A stretch of 63,988 bases of DNA, the filler included, from Stramenopiles sp. TOSAG23-2 (Eukaryota): assembly GCA_900128395.1 (NCBI GenBank). It is 13 parts of 13 records of this genome, joined end to end, with 100 filler letters (N's around TTAATTAATTAA, not from the genome) between each part and the next. Parts side by side here need not be neighbours in the genome. Positions count along the whole stretch, not along the records: positions 24,009 to 29,902 come from LT650565.1; positions 30,003 to 35,894 come from LT650566.1; 11 more parts are not named here. One strand, written 5' to 3'. A model generated the notes under the pieces. The model had not been told where the DNA came from. It was given only the letters and a program-made list of their open reading frames with translations, and did not search any database. A program made the position numbers and the translations under genes. How positions within the stretch are numbered: the stretch's first letter is position 1; every line of letters starts with the position of its first letter. Positions 24,009-35,385 of the stretch are shown here, piece after piece.

Positions 24009-24614
24009 AAATCATTAGATATTTATATAAATAAATTAGGTAAAGATCATACTGATGTTGCAGATTCATATAATAATATAGCAGTAGTTTATAAATCACA
24101 AAATAAATATGATGAAGCATTAGAATATTATAATACATCTATATATATTCGTATAAATAAATTAGGTAAAGATCATACTGATGTTGCAGATTCATATAAT
24201 AATATAGCAGTAGTTTATAAATCACAAAATAAATATGATGAAGCATTAGAATATTATAATAAATCATTAGATATTCGTATAAATAAATTAGGTAAAGATC
24301 ATACTGATGTTGCACAATCATATAATAATATAGCAATAGTTTATGAATCACAAAATAAATATGATGAAGCATTAGAATACATGAATAAATCATTAGATAT
24401 TCGTATAAATAAATTAGGTAAAGATCATACTAATGTTGCAGAATCATATTATAACATTGGTAACTTATATTTCAATCAATCCAAATACAAAGAAGCATTA
24501 GAATGTTACAACAAGTCTTACAAGATATATAAAGATAAACTAGGTGATGATCATCAAGACACAAAAGATGCATTAGAGGGTATGCAAGATTGTAAAGATG
24601 AATTAGGAATGTAA
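24009..24614 (+). CDS. TPR-repeat protein (42-aa kinesin-light-chain/NPHP3-type repeats), 3' part only
   Basis: Open frame from the contig edge with near-identical 126-nt repeats, e.g. SLDIRINKLGKDHTDVAQSYNNIAIVYESQNKYDEALEY. Confidence 0.88.
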   Translation, partial: KSLDIYINKLGKDHTDVADSYNNIAVVYKSQNKYDEALEYYNTSIYIRINKLGKDHTDVADSYNNIAVVYKSQNKYDEALEYYNKSLDIRINKLGKDHTDVAQSYNNIAIVYESQNKYDEALEYMNKSLDIRINKLGKDHTNVAESYYNIGNLYFNQSKYKEALECYNKSYKIYKDKLGDDHQDTKDALEGMQDCKDELGM

Positions 24615-25050
24615 AAAGTAGTTCGTCCTTTTCCCGCTGTGTGTGTAAATTAAAATCCTAGTCTGGATAGAAATAAAATAGGTAAATATTCCTCTATTTA
24701 GTATACACCAAGTACATTTTCACCTCCGTACACATTTTTCGCGAAATATAAATATCCTAAACATGTACAGTATATATATATAAAAGAACATGTATGACAC
24801 AAATGATACATCATTTACACGTAGAGAAGAACTGCAAACATAGTATATAAACACCCAATTCCATCTTTCAACACAACCAATATAAGATTCTCGTAATATA
24901 TCCACCCCTTCCAATCAATATATATATATATATTAATTAAGTATTCATTGTTTTTAGTGTTTACATATTATATATATATTTATGAGTAAATAAAATCTTT
25001 TTAAATTTTAAGTAAGAGAATTTTTTATATATAATATTAATTAAAACAAT

Positions 25051-25914
25051 ATGGCATCGTTCTCATTATCCAATTCAAAACGTGATTTATGGGAAAAACA
25101 TCATAAACAAAAAGAACATATGAAAGATGTGGCATATTTAAGTAAAGCAAATATATGGAAATCTAGTTTACATGAAAAAGCATACACATCACATAATAAA
25201 AAGATTAAAAAATCCGTTCCAAATGGGTTTACACAAACTGGATTAGATTCTCGATGGACCACGCCGCGTAAGAAATATCAAAGTCCAGAAAAACGTCATG
25301 TACATGCATCCAAACATGTATCTCCTGCAAAAAAAAGTCCAAAAGAAAAAGGTATTAATAATAAAAAAAAATCACCAAAAGCGATGAACGATAATGAAAA
25401 ATTAAAAAGAATCAAAAAGAAAAATAGTACCTTTGGTTCGACACCACGTGCTCCAAATCATAGTCCAGGAGTTATCCTTGGTGATGGAACTGTTTTAGTT
25501 AGTAAACCATATAATGGCTTTGATGGTGGAAAAGCTGGTCAAGTTACTCGTGATATTAATTGGAAAGTTGCATTGTTAGCACCAAATACATATAATGTCA
25601 AAGATCCACGATCATCATGGATCAAACCAACGTTTAACAAAAATATACAGAAACAAATGAAAGTGTATAAAAAGAAACCACATGTCAAATTGCCACGTCG
25701 AAGATTAGCGAATAAAAAAGAAGTTGAAAGGAGATTTGATGCACTTGGAATACCAGTGGATAAATTACATCATGATCCTCAATATGATGATAATGATACT
25801 AATGACAATGACGATGAACAATCGTTAGAATATAATAATGCTATTATTGAAGATGATGGGACTGAAGAGGCAATATTGATGGCGGCTACTGAAAAATCAT
25901 TGACAATTACATAA
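25051..25914 (+). CDS. Basic hypothetical protein
   Basis: 287-aa ORF with host-like codon usage. APNTYNV is weakly SHIPPO-repeat-like. Confidence 0.65.
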   Translation: MASFSLSNSKRDLWEKHHKQKEHMKDVAYLSKANIWKSSLHEKAYTSHNKKIKKSVPNGFTQTGLDSRWTTPRKKYQSPEKRHVHASKHVSPAKKSPKEKGINNKKKSPKAMNDNEKLKRIKKKNSTFGSTPRAPNHSPGVILGDGTVLVSKPYNGFDGGKAGQVTRDINWKVALLAPNTYNVKDPRSSWIKPTFNKNIQKQMKVYKKKPHVKLPRRRLANKKEVERRFDALGIPVDKLHHDPQYDDNDTNDNDDEQSLEYNNAIIEDDGTEEAILMAATEKSLTIT

Positions 25915-26222
25915 AAGTTACGACGTCGTAAAAAAAAGCCAGCCAGCGACGGAGAGAGTATTTTTGGGTGGTGCGTGCGCGTGTGTTAAAATTGAAAAAG
26001 TTGAGTGTGCATGTGTTCCATAAAATATAAAATATTCGGGTATTTTTTTTGGTGACACCGCGGTGTGTTGAGAGCACAACAATACTTCTCTAATTATATG
26101 ATATTTTTACATGATGCACGTAATTCTAATAAAAAAAAAAGACGAGTCGTACGAATATATATTGTACACACCAAAAATTTTGTGTACCCTTTTACCACAC
26201 ACTCTCCAAATCTTAATTTAAT

Positions 26223-29200
26223 TTACTGAATAACTTTCTTTTTACGTCCTCTACGTAAACTATTTTTTGATTTTATAACAAATTTATTATTTCTCGTTCC
26301 TGTTGTCATCATCCGATTGGTTCTCGATATGCTACTAGTAGTTTTACTGCTACTACCATGACCAACTCCACGTCTTGCACGAACACTAGCAACAACATCT
26401 TTTGCACGATTAATACTTTCACCTGCATCTTTAAATATAGCATGTATATTGCCCTCATGTGGTAAATTTGGCTTTTCAACTGGTTTTGGCGAAGCTCTCG
26501 TCCTATGTTTTGGTGTTCCGCCAGCTCCGCCATTAACAGCAGATGCCTTATTTGCTGGATTTCTCTGTGGCGTTTTTCTTTGTATTTGTTTTTGTGGTGT
26601 TGGGCTATGTTGTTTTCCAACTGTATTCTTTGTGGAAGATCTCTTTGGTGAATTTGCAGTACCATTACGAGTATTTTTTCTATTGCTGCGTGCAGCATTA
26701 TTATTATTTTTATTATTATTATTACGTTTTCTATCTGATGCTTTAAATGCAACTGCGGCTGGTTTTGGCAATGTTACACTGGACGGAGTAGCGGGAGGTG
26801 GAGGAATTGGACCAGGTGAACGGCGAGAATATGTTTTTGGAGGTGGTGAAGATACCATGTTTTTCTTCATAGCGCTACCTTTTTCAGACATTGGGCTACG
26901 TCGTTGCTGTCGTTGTAGTTGTTGTGGATTACTAAACGTAAGCTGAACTTTTTTAATTTGTTCCAGTAATAAATCTCGTTGACGTACTACTTTTTCATAT
27001 TCCATTTCAAAATTTTCTATTTCTTTTTCCCTTGCTCCTAACCGTGTGATTAACATCTTACTCTCTTTCTCAGATGCTGCAACAGTTTGCTTCAAATTAA
27101 TTATCATATCATCACGTTCTTTCAATTTACGTTTTAAAGTTGTAATTTGTTTGGCAAATCGATCTGCTGTTCCTTCCACTTGGATTTTATCTGCTTTATC
27201 TCTTGCACTGGTATTCGCAACTTTTTTCTTCAATTGAGCAATTTGTCTCTTTGCATTTAAACGTTCTTTTTTAAATCTTCCTTCTAAACGTTCTTGATCA
27301 GCTACTAATTTACGCATTTCATTGCTTTGTTTTTGCACAGCAGATTCCATAACATCCTTATACAATTCATATTCTTTCAATTCGTTTATTTTCTCTTTTA
27401 ATTTCTTTTTTAATGTTTGCACACGTTTGCCATGTGTTGATTTTGTATTTTGACCTTCTTCATTAATATTGCGTAAAATTTCATTTTCTTCTTGTAAAAA
27501 AACAATATCAGCACGTGCTTTTTTCAATGCTGCAATGGAACCTTTAACCCATTTACGTGAGCTGCCACCAAGTTTTTCCTCTACAATGTCTAGAATCTCA
27601 TCTAAACTAGCCGGTGATAAATCCTCATCACCAACGTAATCTAATGGTGAGGTGCGCCCACCATCTTCCACATCCTCATGCAATGGTGATTCAGCTAATG
27701 ATTCTAGCGTAAAGTTATCTTTTTGTCTATTCGCTACGATTGCAGATGCTGTCTTCTTTTTACCAGTTGAATTTGTCAATGGAATTGATGATGGGGAAAT
27801 ATCCCTATACAATCCACTATTATTATTATTATCGTTGTTGATATTGCTATTGTTATTCCTGTTGCCATTATTGTTTGGCGTAGTGTAATATGATGATGTT
27901 TTTTTGGCACTACTATTACGATTATTACGCCTACGACTTGAACTTTTAGTATTACTATTAGTTCTAAATGGTGATGATTTTTTTGCTGAGGGATTAAACA
28001 TATTATTCGTTTTGGAACGTGTTCGATTGTTTCTACTTGATCGAGGTGATGATGTCATTTTTGAGCTGCTATTGTAATTATTATTGATCGTTTCTCTAAC
28101 ATCTGATCCTAAATTCAATGTCTCCAATGTTTCCTCCGCATCATCAATATCACCAGTGATACAAGGAATAAATGTTAAATCTGTTCTACGAGTCAATCCA
28201 TCTCGCAATAAAAGCATTGTATTTGAACGAAAATGATTTTTTGCTATTCTTGATTTCAATGATTTTGCTCGTAACGTTTCAAGTGTCTGTTGTAAGTCAT
28301 TTACCCATGTTGATTTATGCCCTTCCGCAGTTTTCATCGACCCTAGTGTTGCTATTGTTAATAGACCACCAACTGTACCTACAGATATGTTAAAGACGGA
28401 ATGTACACTTTTCCTACGTCGTTTTAATCGTTCGCGTACGGAGTTGACAACTTTCCTAACATCACCAGCACAAGTAACTTCGACTTCTAACAAATCAGAG
28501 ACTTCAATAAATTTTCCATTGCCTTCATGTAAAATTAATTCTTCTTTGTTTGCATATGCCTTCTTTTTAGCAGGTGTATTCATTGCTGATGCAGCAGCTA
28601 GTAAATCTACAATTTTATGACCACGAATTTCATACCATGAAATTCGTATTGGATAATACGATGATACATCCTCTGAATCGATATCCGTACGTTGTAATAC
28701 TTTTGCTTTACGAGAGAAAAAATTTGCTGATGCCATGTGTACAAATCCAACAGGATTTGCTTTATTAAAATCCCCTTCAGCCATTTTATCGCTACCACGT
28801 TTTGCATTGCCACATAAAACAATGGTTGATCTCCCGCCTTGCCATACAACATCCAATGAGGGTGCAATACTACTATCAAAAAATTCAGCATTTGTTGTAG
28901 TACGGTCAGATATATCATCAAATTCAAACGAAGTAACTTCTTTCATACCTTCTGTTGGGCAATATATTTTTCTTTTATCATGACTGACGGTAACAATACC
29001 AGCATCATCATCTGAACGGACGAAGGAACCATTGACAGGATAAATTCTTACAGGGCATATAAATGTGGATTTTCCTTTAATAAGAAAATCAGATAATGGT
29101 GATGGATCATAATTTCCCTCTGAGCTTTCTCCAGCATTATATGTACTGCTACTAACTGGTTGAGCATTTCTCATTTTACTTGTAGGGGATAAAATGCGTT

Positions 29201-29312
29201 TTACTATATGTGGATCATTTGTATGCGGTGCTGGATGCACCCATGATGTTGAACCACGCCTCGTATACTTTTTAACAGAAGTTGCAAATATTTTATCAGC
29301 TGATTCTGCCAT
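26223..29312 (-). CDS. Divergent kinesin-like protein (degenerate motor domain, coiled coil, basic tail)
   Basis: VRIYP, FEFDDI, ISWYEIRGHKIVDLL, LLLRDGL, EETLETLNLG occur in kinesin order. Nucleotide-binding motifs are degenerate. Confidence 0.8.
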   Translation of the reverse strand: MAESADKIFATSVKKYTRRGSTSWVHPAPHTNDPHIVKRILSPTSKMRNAQPVSSSTYNAGESSEGNYDPSPLSDFLIKGKSTFICPVRIYPVNGSFVRSDDDAGIVTVSHDKRKIYCPTEGMKEVTSFEFDDISDRTTTNAEFFDSSIAPSLDVVWQGGRSTIVLCGNAKRGSDKMAEGDFNKANPVGFVHMASANFFSRKAKVLQRTDIDSEDVSSYYPIRISWYEIRGHKIVDLLAAASAMNTPAKKKAYANKEELILHEGNGKFIEVSDLLEVEVTCAGDVRKVVNSVRERLKRRRKSVHSVFNISVGTVGGLLTIATLGSMKTAEGHKSTWVNDLQQTLETLRAKSLKSRIAKNHFRSNTMLLLRDGLTRRTDLTFIPCITGDIDDAEETLETLNLGSDVRETINNNYNSSSKMTSSPRSSRNNRTRSKTNNMFNPSAKKSSPFRTNSNTKSSSRRRNNRNSSAKKTSSYYTTPNNNGNRNNNSNINNDNNNNSGLYRDISPSSIPLTNSTGKKKTASAIVANRQKDNFTLESLAESPLHEDVEDGGRTSPLDYVGDEDLSPASLDEILDIVEEKLGGSSRKWVKGSIAALKKARADIVFLQEENEILRNINEEGQNTKSTHGKRVQTLKKKLKEKINELKEYELYKDVMESAVQKQSNEMRKLVADQERLEGRFKKERLNAKRQIAQLKKKVANTSARDKADKIQVEGTADRFAKQITTLKRKLKERDDMIINLKQTVAASEKESKMLITRLGAREKEIENFEMEYEKVVRQRDLLLEQIKKVQLTFSNPQQLQRQQRRSPMSEKGSAMKKNMVSSPPPKTYSRRSPGPIPPPPATPSSVTLPKPAAVAFKASDRKRNNNNKNNNNAARSNRKNTRNGTANSPKRSSTKNTVGKQHSPTPQKQIQRKTPQRNPANKASAVNGGAGGTPKHRTRASPKPVEKPNLPHEGNIHAIFKDAGESINRAKDVVASVRARRGVGHGSSSKTTSSISRTNRMMTTGTRNNKFVIKSKNSLRRGRKKKVIQ

Positions 29313-30119
29313 TATAATTTGTTTTTATATATGTATACGTATATATATATATAGACTGATATATATCTTTATATTCAATACGTACAAATATTGTAACTTT
29401 TCTTTATTTCGTATATATTCTAATTTCTCCTGTAACTTTATATTGGTATAATATATATATATATATTAAATCACAGAAAACAACTTACTGATATTGTAAT
29501 CTTGATGGGGATAAACTATTATATTAAACAACAACGAACCAAGAAAGATATATGTAGAAAAACAAAAACAAAAATGAAGATATAGATTTGTAAACACATA
29601 CACAAACGTCTACATCTTTCTATTTCATTTTCAAACTACATTTTTAATTTATTATTTTTAAAATTTAAAAAAATTATTTTTCATAAAAAAAACAAGAATA
29701 ACTTAGTAGTATTTACCTGCTATTAGAATTATATACTATTACACTACGCGCGTATAGGAGGAGGATCAAAAACGACGAGAAAAGTGAGACAATTTTTGAG
29801 TGCTTTTTTGACGAATGTTTCCTTAAATTCAAACCGTGTCAAAACTGACTATTCACTATGGGGGAAATATTCATCATTTTTTCTATATTTTCGGATATTT
29901 GCNNNNNNNNNNNNNNNNNNNNNNNNNNNNNNNNNNNNNNNNNNNNTTAATTAATTAANNNNNNNNNNNNNNNNNNNNNNNNNNNNNNNNNNNNNNNNNN
30001 NNTATATACTTCTTCTACTTCTCCGTATACAAAATCATATTCGTAAATAAACATACACATAGGTATATATATATATATATATTATATATATTAATATTCA
30101 TGTATGAAAAGAAAATATA

Positions 30120-31157
30120 TTAACGTAAACTTTCTGGTATTCTTAATATTTCATCATGCGATTGTTGAAACCATTTATCATGTATGGAATTGAAATTATT
30201 GTCATTTAATATCGTATCAATATCTTTATATAAACTTGCTGGGGTATGAAAATTAAATATATTTGGATCAATTTGTTTACGATATACATCTGATAATGAT
30301 GGTCGGCGTTGTCTTTTATTTTTCGTATTATTAATATTGTTTTCGTTTTCATTTTTATTATCTTCATTCGAATGTTTGCTATTGCTATTGTTATCATCCT
30401 TTTCTTTTAATAATCGTGTTATTTCTAAATTTGCTTGTTCACGTTCTTCTGGATTTAAATCGTAATAACGTTTTCCTGATTTTCTTTCCCACATTTTAAC
30501 ATCTGACATACGATGTTTCAATGGTTCATAGGTGCTTCTTTTACCAGATTTTCGCCTAATCTTTCTATTATGAGCTGCTAATAAATCAATTTCTTCTTTT
30601 GACATTGATGTTTTTTGCATTCCACCATTTTTTTTACTAATATTACGTTTTTGCATATTATTAGTATTAACATTCTTTTTATTTTGATCAGATTTACGCC
30701 TTGTTTTAGATTTTAAGGATACATTTGTTGTAACACTAATACCACCATCATTTCTACTCGTTGCAGTAGATGATAATGCACCATGTGTTTTGATTTTACT
30801 TTTATTTATATTATAATTACTAGCGGATGATGCAAATTTTCTTTTTTTTTTTGTCGTATTATTAGAACGATTATTCTTACTATTTTTCATCATCATGTTG
30901 TTGTTTCTAGTATTACTAGTACTAGTATTACTATTATGATTATCATACTTTTCAACAATGCCGTTTCGTTCCTTTATAAATTTACTAATTTCCGCATTTG
31001 CTAACTCTCTTTCGCTAGGACCAAGACTATACCATTTCTTCCCTGCTTTCTTTTCCCATGCTCTTACATCTTTCATACTATGTTTCATTGGTACATATTT
31101 TGGTGCTTTACGTTGTTTTTGCCTGACTCTACGATTATGTTCTGCTAATAACTCCAT
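30120..31157 (-). CDS. Basic protein with a duplicated ~60-aa domain
   Basis: Two copies of LLAxHNR..Y.P.KH.M.DV+.WE+K.GK+.Y.L.P.ERE.AN.EI. Confidence 0.75.
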   Translation of the reverse strand: MELLAEHNRRVRQKQRKAPKYVPMKHSMKDVRAWEKKAGKKWYSLGPSERELANAEISKFIKERNGIVEKYDNHNSNTSTSNTRNNNMMMKNSKNNRSNNTTKKKRKFASSASNYNINKSKIKTHGALSSTATSRNDGGISVTTNVSLKSKTRRKSDQNKKNVNTNNMQKRNISKKNGGMQKTSMSKEEIDLLAAHNRKIRRKSGKRSTYEPLKHRMSDVKMWERKSGKRYYDLNPEEREQANLEITRLLKEKDDNNSNSKHSNEDNKNENENNINNTKNKRQRRPSLSDVYRKQIDPNIFNFHTPASLYKDIDTILNDNNFNSIHDKWFQQSHDEILRIPESLR

Positions 31158-31756
31158 CGTTTAGTCGTATGTAATAATTATTATATATCTATATATATAT
31201 ATGATAACTTCTTTTTTGTTGAAAATTATTTGTATTTTTTCATATATATATATATATATATCGATCGTTTTATTTACTTATATATATCTAGATTATAAAT
31301 AGTTTATTTCTCTTCTTTTTATACTCTCAAATACAAATACATATTACATTTTACTCACACATTTAATACATGTATTTTAATTTCTTTTTTGTGCTTTTCT
31401 TCTTTCCATAACGTCTTCTTCTAATTTGTGCTTTTCTTCTCTTCCACCACAACAACACATCAGTCCTTCTTGGGAGCGATATATGTACTAGTTGGTATTC
31501 TAGGATGCTTCTATGGTCCTATGACAAGATGCTGTGGTGCTGTGTGGTGCTGTGTTGGTGCTAATTGCTAGCAACCCCCTCCCTCAAATAGAATGCACCC
31601 CAGAGTATAGCACCACAGAGCTCTTCTTTTTATTTTTCGTGTCTTTATGTCTGTCTTACGCTTTATTATATACACGTAGATAATGATAGATGTGCACTGT
31701 ATGTATAGATATGCAATCCAATAATATACAAATAATTGTAACAGATCATTATTAAT

Positions 31757-32443
31757 ATGTCCACACGTACTCCTCCCCGTAGTACATCCACGTACCAAGC
31801 ATTGTTTGATGGGAAAACATTGAATGGATGGAAATACCAACCTGGTTTATGGTCCGTTAATGTTGATGAGAATATAATTATTGCAAAATCAACTAATCCT
31901 GTTTTGGAAAGTACATATTGTTTAACAAATAAAGATGATTTTACAGATTTTAGATTATTAATTACGGTAAAGCTAGTCGAAAGTGAAATGCATAGTGGAA
32001 TCAGCTTTTGGGGGTACGTACCACCAGAACAACATAATAATAAATATGGATATGCTGGTCATTTGGTTATGTTTCCATCTTTTTGGGGAGTGTTTGATTT
32101 ATTGCCATCACCTAAAAAAACTGGGGCACATGTTGGAAGAAATTTAATTTATATTGATCCTGGAAAAATTGCACGAAAAACTGGAAAACAACATGATTGG
32201 AACGAATTAGAAATTTTAGCAAAAGGAAATCATTTACGTGTAGCGTGTAATGGCGTCATGATTGTTGATTGGAAAGATCCAGAGCCGGAGCGTATTCGCC
32301 CTGCACCAATTGGACTTCAATTGCATTCAAATAATGTACCACAAGAAGTTCATTTCAAAAATATTTATATTGAAGAATTTCCATCGCTTGATGAATTAAT
32401 CACTGTTAATAATAATAATAGAAGAAATACTAGTAAGTTGTGA
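31757..32443 (+). CDS. DUF1080 / 3-keto-disaccharide hydrolase-like protein with PTS1 (SKL)
   Basis: LFDGKTLNGW, HSGISF, DWNELEILAKGNHLRVACNG, PIGLQLH, VHFKNIYI. Ends in SKL. Confidence 0.88.
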   Translation: MSTRTPPRSTSTYQALFDGKTLNGWKYQPGLWSVNVDENIIIAKSTNPVLESTYCLTNKDDFTDFRLLITVKLVESEMHSGISFWGYVPPEQHNNKYGYAGHLVMFPSFWGVFDLLPSPKKTGAHVGRNLIYIDPGKIARKTGKQHDWNELEILAKGNHLRVACNGVMIVDWKDPEPERIRPAPIGLQLHSNNVPQEVHFKNIYIEEFPSLDELITVNNNNRRNTSKL

Positions 32444-32673
32444 GTGCGAGATTATAAAAAGAGAGGCGTGTGTGTTTTTTGGGGGATAAATAAAAGGGGC
32501 TGCTGTGTGTAATTACTCGTACACATAAAAAATTGTTCCTAAAATTTGTACACATTTTTATTGGTTCTTTTTTTAGTTTTTCTTCGTGTCTCTCACACAC
32601 ACACACACACGCAGTTAAATAAGAAACGACACGCGGTGCGTGTAAAAATAAAAATAGTGTAAAAAACAAATTT

Positions 32674-33564
32674 TTAAATTCGATCAAACCATTTCTTCCA
32701 TTCTTTCTTATTCTCTACATCATATGCCTTTTGAAATGCATTTTGTACAAATGGAAATAATTTTTTTCCAATTTTTCTATGTCCTTTTTTATTTAAATGA
32801 TGTGAATCCATTAAAAAAACATTAGAGTCATCATCCGCGTTATTTCCAGTAATTTTTAACGGTGGACACCAAACAGTATTTTCACCGGATGCTGGCGATT
32901 GAATCCATTTTTCTAATGTTTTATTTGTTTCAATGACCATTCTAGTTTTCCCTCTGAAACGATGGAGTGGAGTTAATGTTATACCTAAATAAATAATTGC
33001 TGTTTCTGGTGAAATTTTACGATGGATTTCATTTACAAAAGTTTGAACATTTTTTAATATTTCATCTGGTGTTTTATTGGCTGTTAAGTCATTTGTCCCA
33101 CAATAATAGACTATCACTTTAGGTTTATATTCAATAACCAATTCATCGATTGCATTATTGACATCCCATGTTCTACTTCCACCAAAAGCTGCATTTACAA
33201 CATGTTTACCATAAAAATCTCCAAAATCTTTTTTCATTTGAGTCCAATATGTAAAAGTTGACGAGCCAATGAAAAAAATTGGATATTTACTAATTTCTTG
33301 AGTAGCTAACATATCAGCTTTTTCCAATGCTTGCTCTCTTTCACGTTTATCTCGCCTATCTGCTGAACCCAGTTTAATTAATGGTTCTAATAAAACATAT
33401 TGTACGTATAACATCATACGTCTACCAAATAATTTAAAAATCCACGGTTCATATTCTTTACGTAACATTTGTAAATAAATATATAAAAAAATGACAATGG
33501 ATAATATATATATAATTGCTCCATATCCGACATATTGTACTATTTGTAATATTGCAATTTCCAT
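32674..33564 (-). CDS. SGNH/GDSL hydrolase with N-terminal membrane anchor
   Basis: Blocks FIGSST, NAAFGGS, YCGTND and DSHH (DxxH). Confidence 0.88.
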   Translation of the reverse strand: MEIAILQIVQYVGYGAIIYILSIVIFLYIYLQMLRKEYEPWIFKLFGRRMMLYVQYVLLEPLIKLGSADRRDKREREQALEKADMLATQEISKYPIFFIGSSTFTYWTQMKKDFGDFYGKHVVNAAFGGSRTWDVNNAIDELVIEYKPKVIVYYCGTNDLTANKTPDEILKNVQTFVNEIHRKISPETAIIYLGITLTPLHRFRGKTRMVIETNKTLEKWIQSPASGENTVWCPPLKITGNNADDDSNVFLMDSHHLNKKGHRKIGKKLFPFVQNAFQKAYDVENKKEWKKWFDRI

Positions 33565-33943
33565 GTTGTTGATGCTATTCTTCTTATTATTATAATTATT
33601 TGTGTTTTGCGTATTGGTTGTGCGTTCTTCTTACCTTTTCGGTATATTCTTCTCCATTCTTATATACATATACTATACATTGTACAATTGTATCCTTTTC
33701 TATTGTATTATAAAATAGAGAGTTTTTTATATAATATTATAATAAAAGAAGTTGAATTTTGAATTTACCATTTACATTTACATTGTTGTGCCACTTATTT
33801 ATCTAGGTCCTCCTATTAGACTTTTCATTATTATATACCAGTCGTCTGGCATTCCAGCATTCCAGGCTACTCTGGAAACCAGAGATTTTCCTTGCCAGGC
33901 ATTCCTCTTATTACAGGAGAAAAGCGCGGACGGGAAAGGATTA

Positions 33944-34084
33944 ACTTAGAAATTAATAGTAATACGTGTTATTTTTACTGGTGCTATGTGTATGCTATTT
34001 TTTAAAATAAAAGTAGACTAAATTAAACTTAGAAATTAATAGTAATATGTGTTAATTTTTACTGGTGCTATGTCAATGCTATTT
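33944..34084. repeat. Direct duplication of a ~60-bp segment
   Basis: acttagaaattaatagtaata.gtgtta.ttttactggtgctatgt occurs twice. Confidence 0.85.
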
Positions 34085-34134
34085 AATACGATTTCCGTGA
34101 AATAAATAATTCTAGAATAATGAAATACAAAATT

Positions 34135-35385
34135 ATTTACATGTAAAAAACGACTTAAAATGACTCATTATTGGGTCTTATATACATATTTTACACTCCA
34201 TATCATATAAATATATATATAACGTCCTGTCTATCATCTAACAATATATTATTACTATACATTTGCAATATATTACGTCGTGAAACATATATATACATCC
34301 ATAAATCGATATATTGCCGATTTGGAATTGTATTACTAAGATAGTGCCTTTGTATAGTGATTGTAAATTTAGGTGTATTTGTAAGAAAAACATGTCGTAA
34401 CATACACATATCGATAAAAATATGTAGAAATGCCCATAAGTCTCCCCTTAAAAGCTTATATACATCCTATATACCATTAAAAACATAAACTACCTTCTTT
34501 ATAAAACAGGTTCAAATGGTACATATTTACATGTAAAAAACGACTTAAAATGACGCATTCTTGGGTCTTATATACATATTTTACACTCCATATCATATAT
34601 ATATGTATAAATATATATAAAACGACCTGTCTATCATCTAACAATATATTATTACTATACATTTGCAATATACTACGTCGTGAAACATATATATACATCC
34701 ATAAATCGATATATTGCCGATTTGGACATGTATTACTAAGATAGTGCCTTTGTATAGTGATTGTAAATTTAGGTGTATTTGTAAGAAAAACATGTCGTAA
34801 CATACACATATCGATAAAAATATGTAGAAATGCCCATAAGTCTCCCCTTAAAAGCTTATATACATCCTATATACCATTAAAAACATAAACTACCTTCTTT
34901 ATAAAACAGGTTCAAATGGTACATATTTACATGTAAAAAACGACTTAAAATGACGCATTCTTGGGTCTTATATACATATTTTACACTCCATATCATATAT
35001 ATACGGTATAAATATATATATAACGACCTGTCTATCATCTAACAATATATTATTACTATACATTTGCAATATATTACGTCATGAAACATGTATATACATC
35101 CATAAATTGATATATTGCCGATTTGGACATGTATACCTAAACTACACTAAAATACTACCCTTATATGCATCAATTTTACAACAAAAAAAACGAAAAATAG
35201 CTATATAAAATGATATGAAAAAAATAATAAAAGCGTGAAACATGTATATACATCCATAAATTGATATATTGCCGATTTGGACATGTATACCTAAACTACA
35301 CTAAAATACTACCCTTATATGCATCAATTTTACAACAAAAAAAACGAAAAATAGCTATACAAAATTACATGAAAAAAATAATACA
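34135..35385. repeat. Compound tandem repeat: ~2.5 units of 390-400 bp, then 2 units of ~155 bp
   Basis: atgtaaaaaacgacttaaaatgac at 34141, 34531 and 34931. gaaacatgtatatacatccataaattga at ~35083 and ~35237. Confidence 0.9.

Noticed and set aside
34135-35385. CRISPR-like array
   Set aside because: Units are long and contiguous with no unique spacers, there are no cas genes, and the context is eukaryotic.
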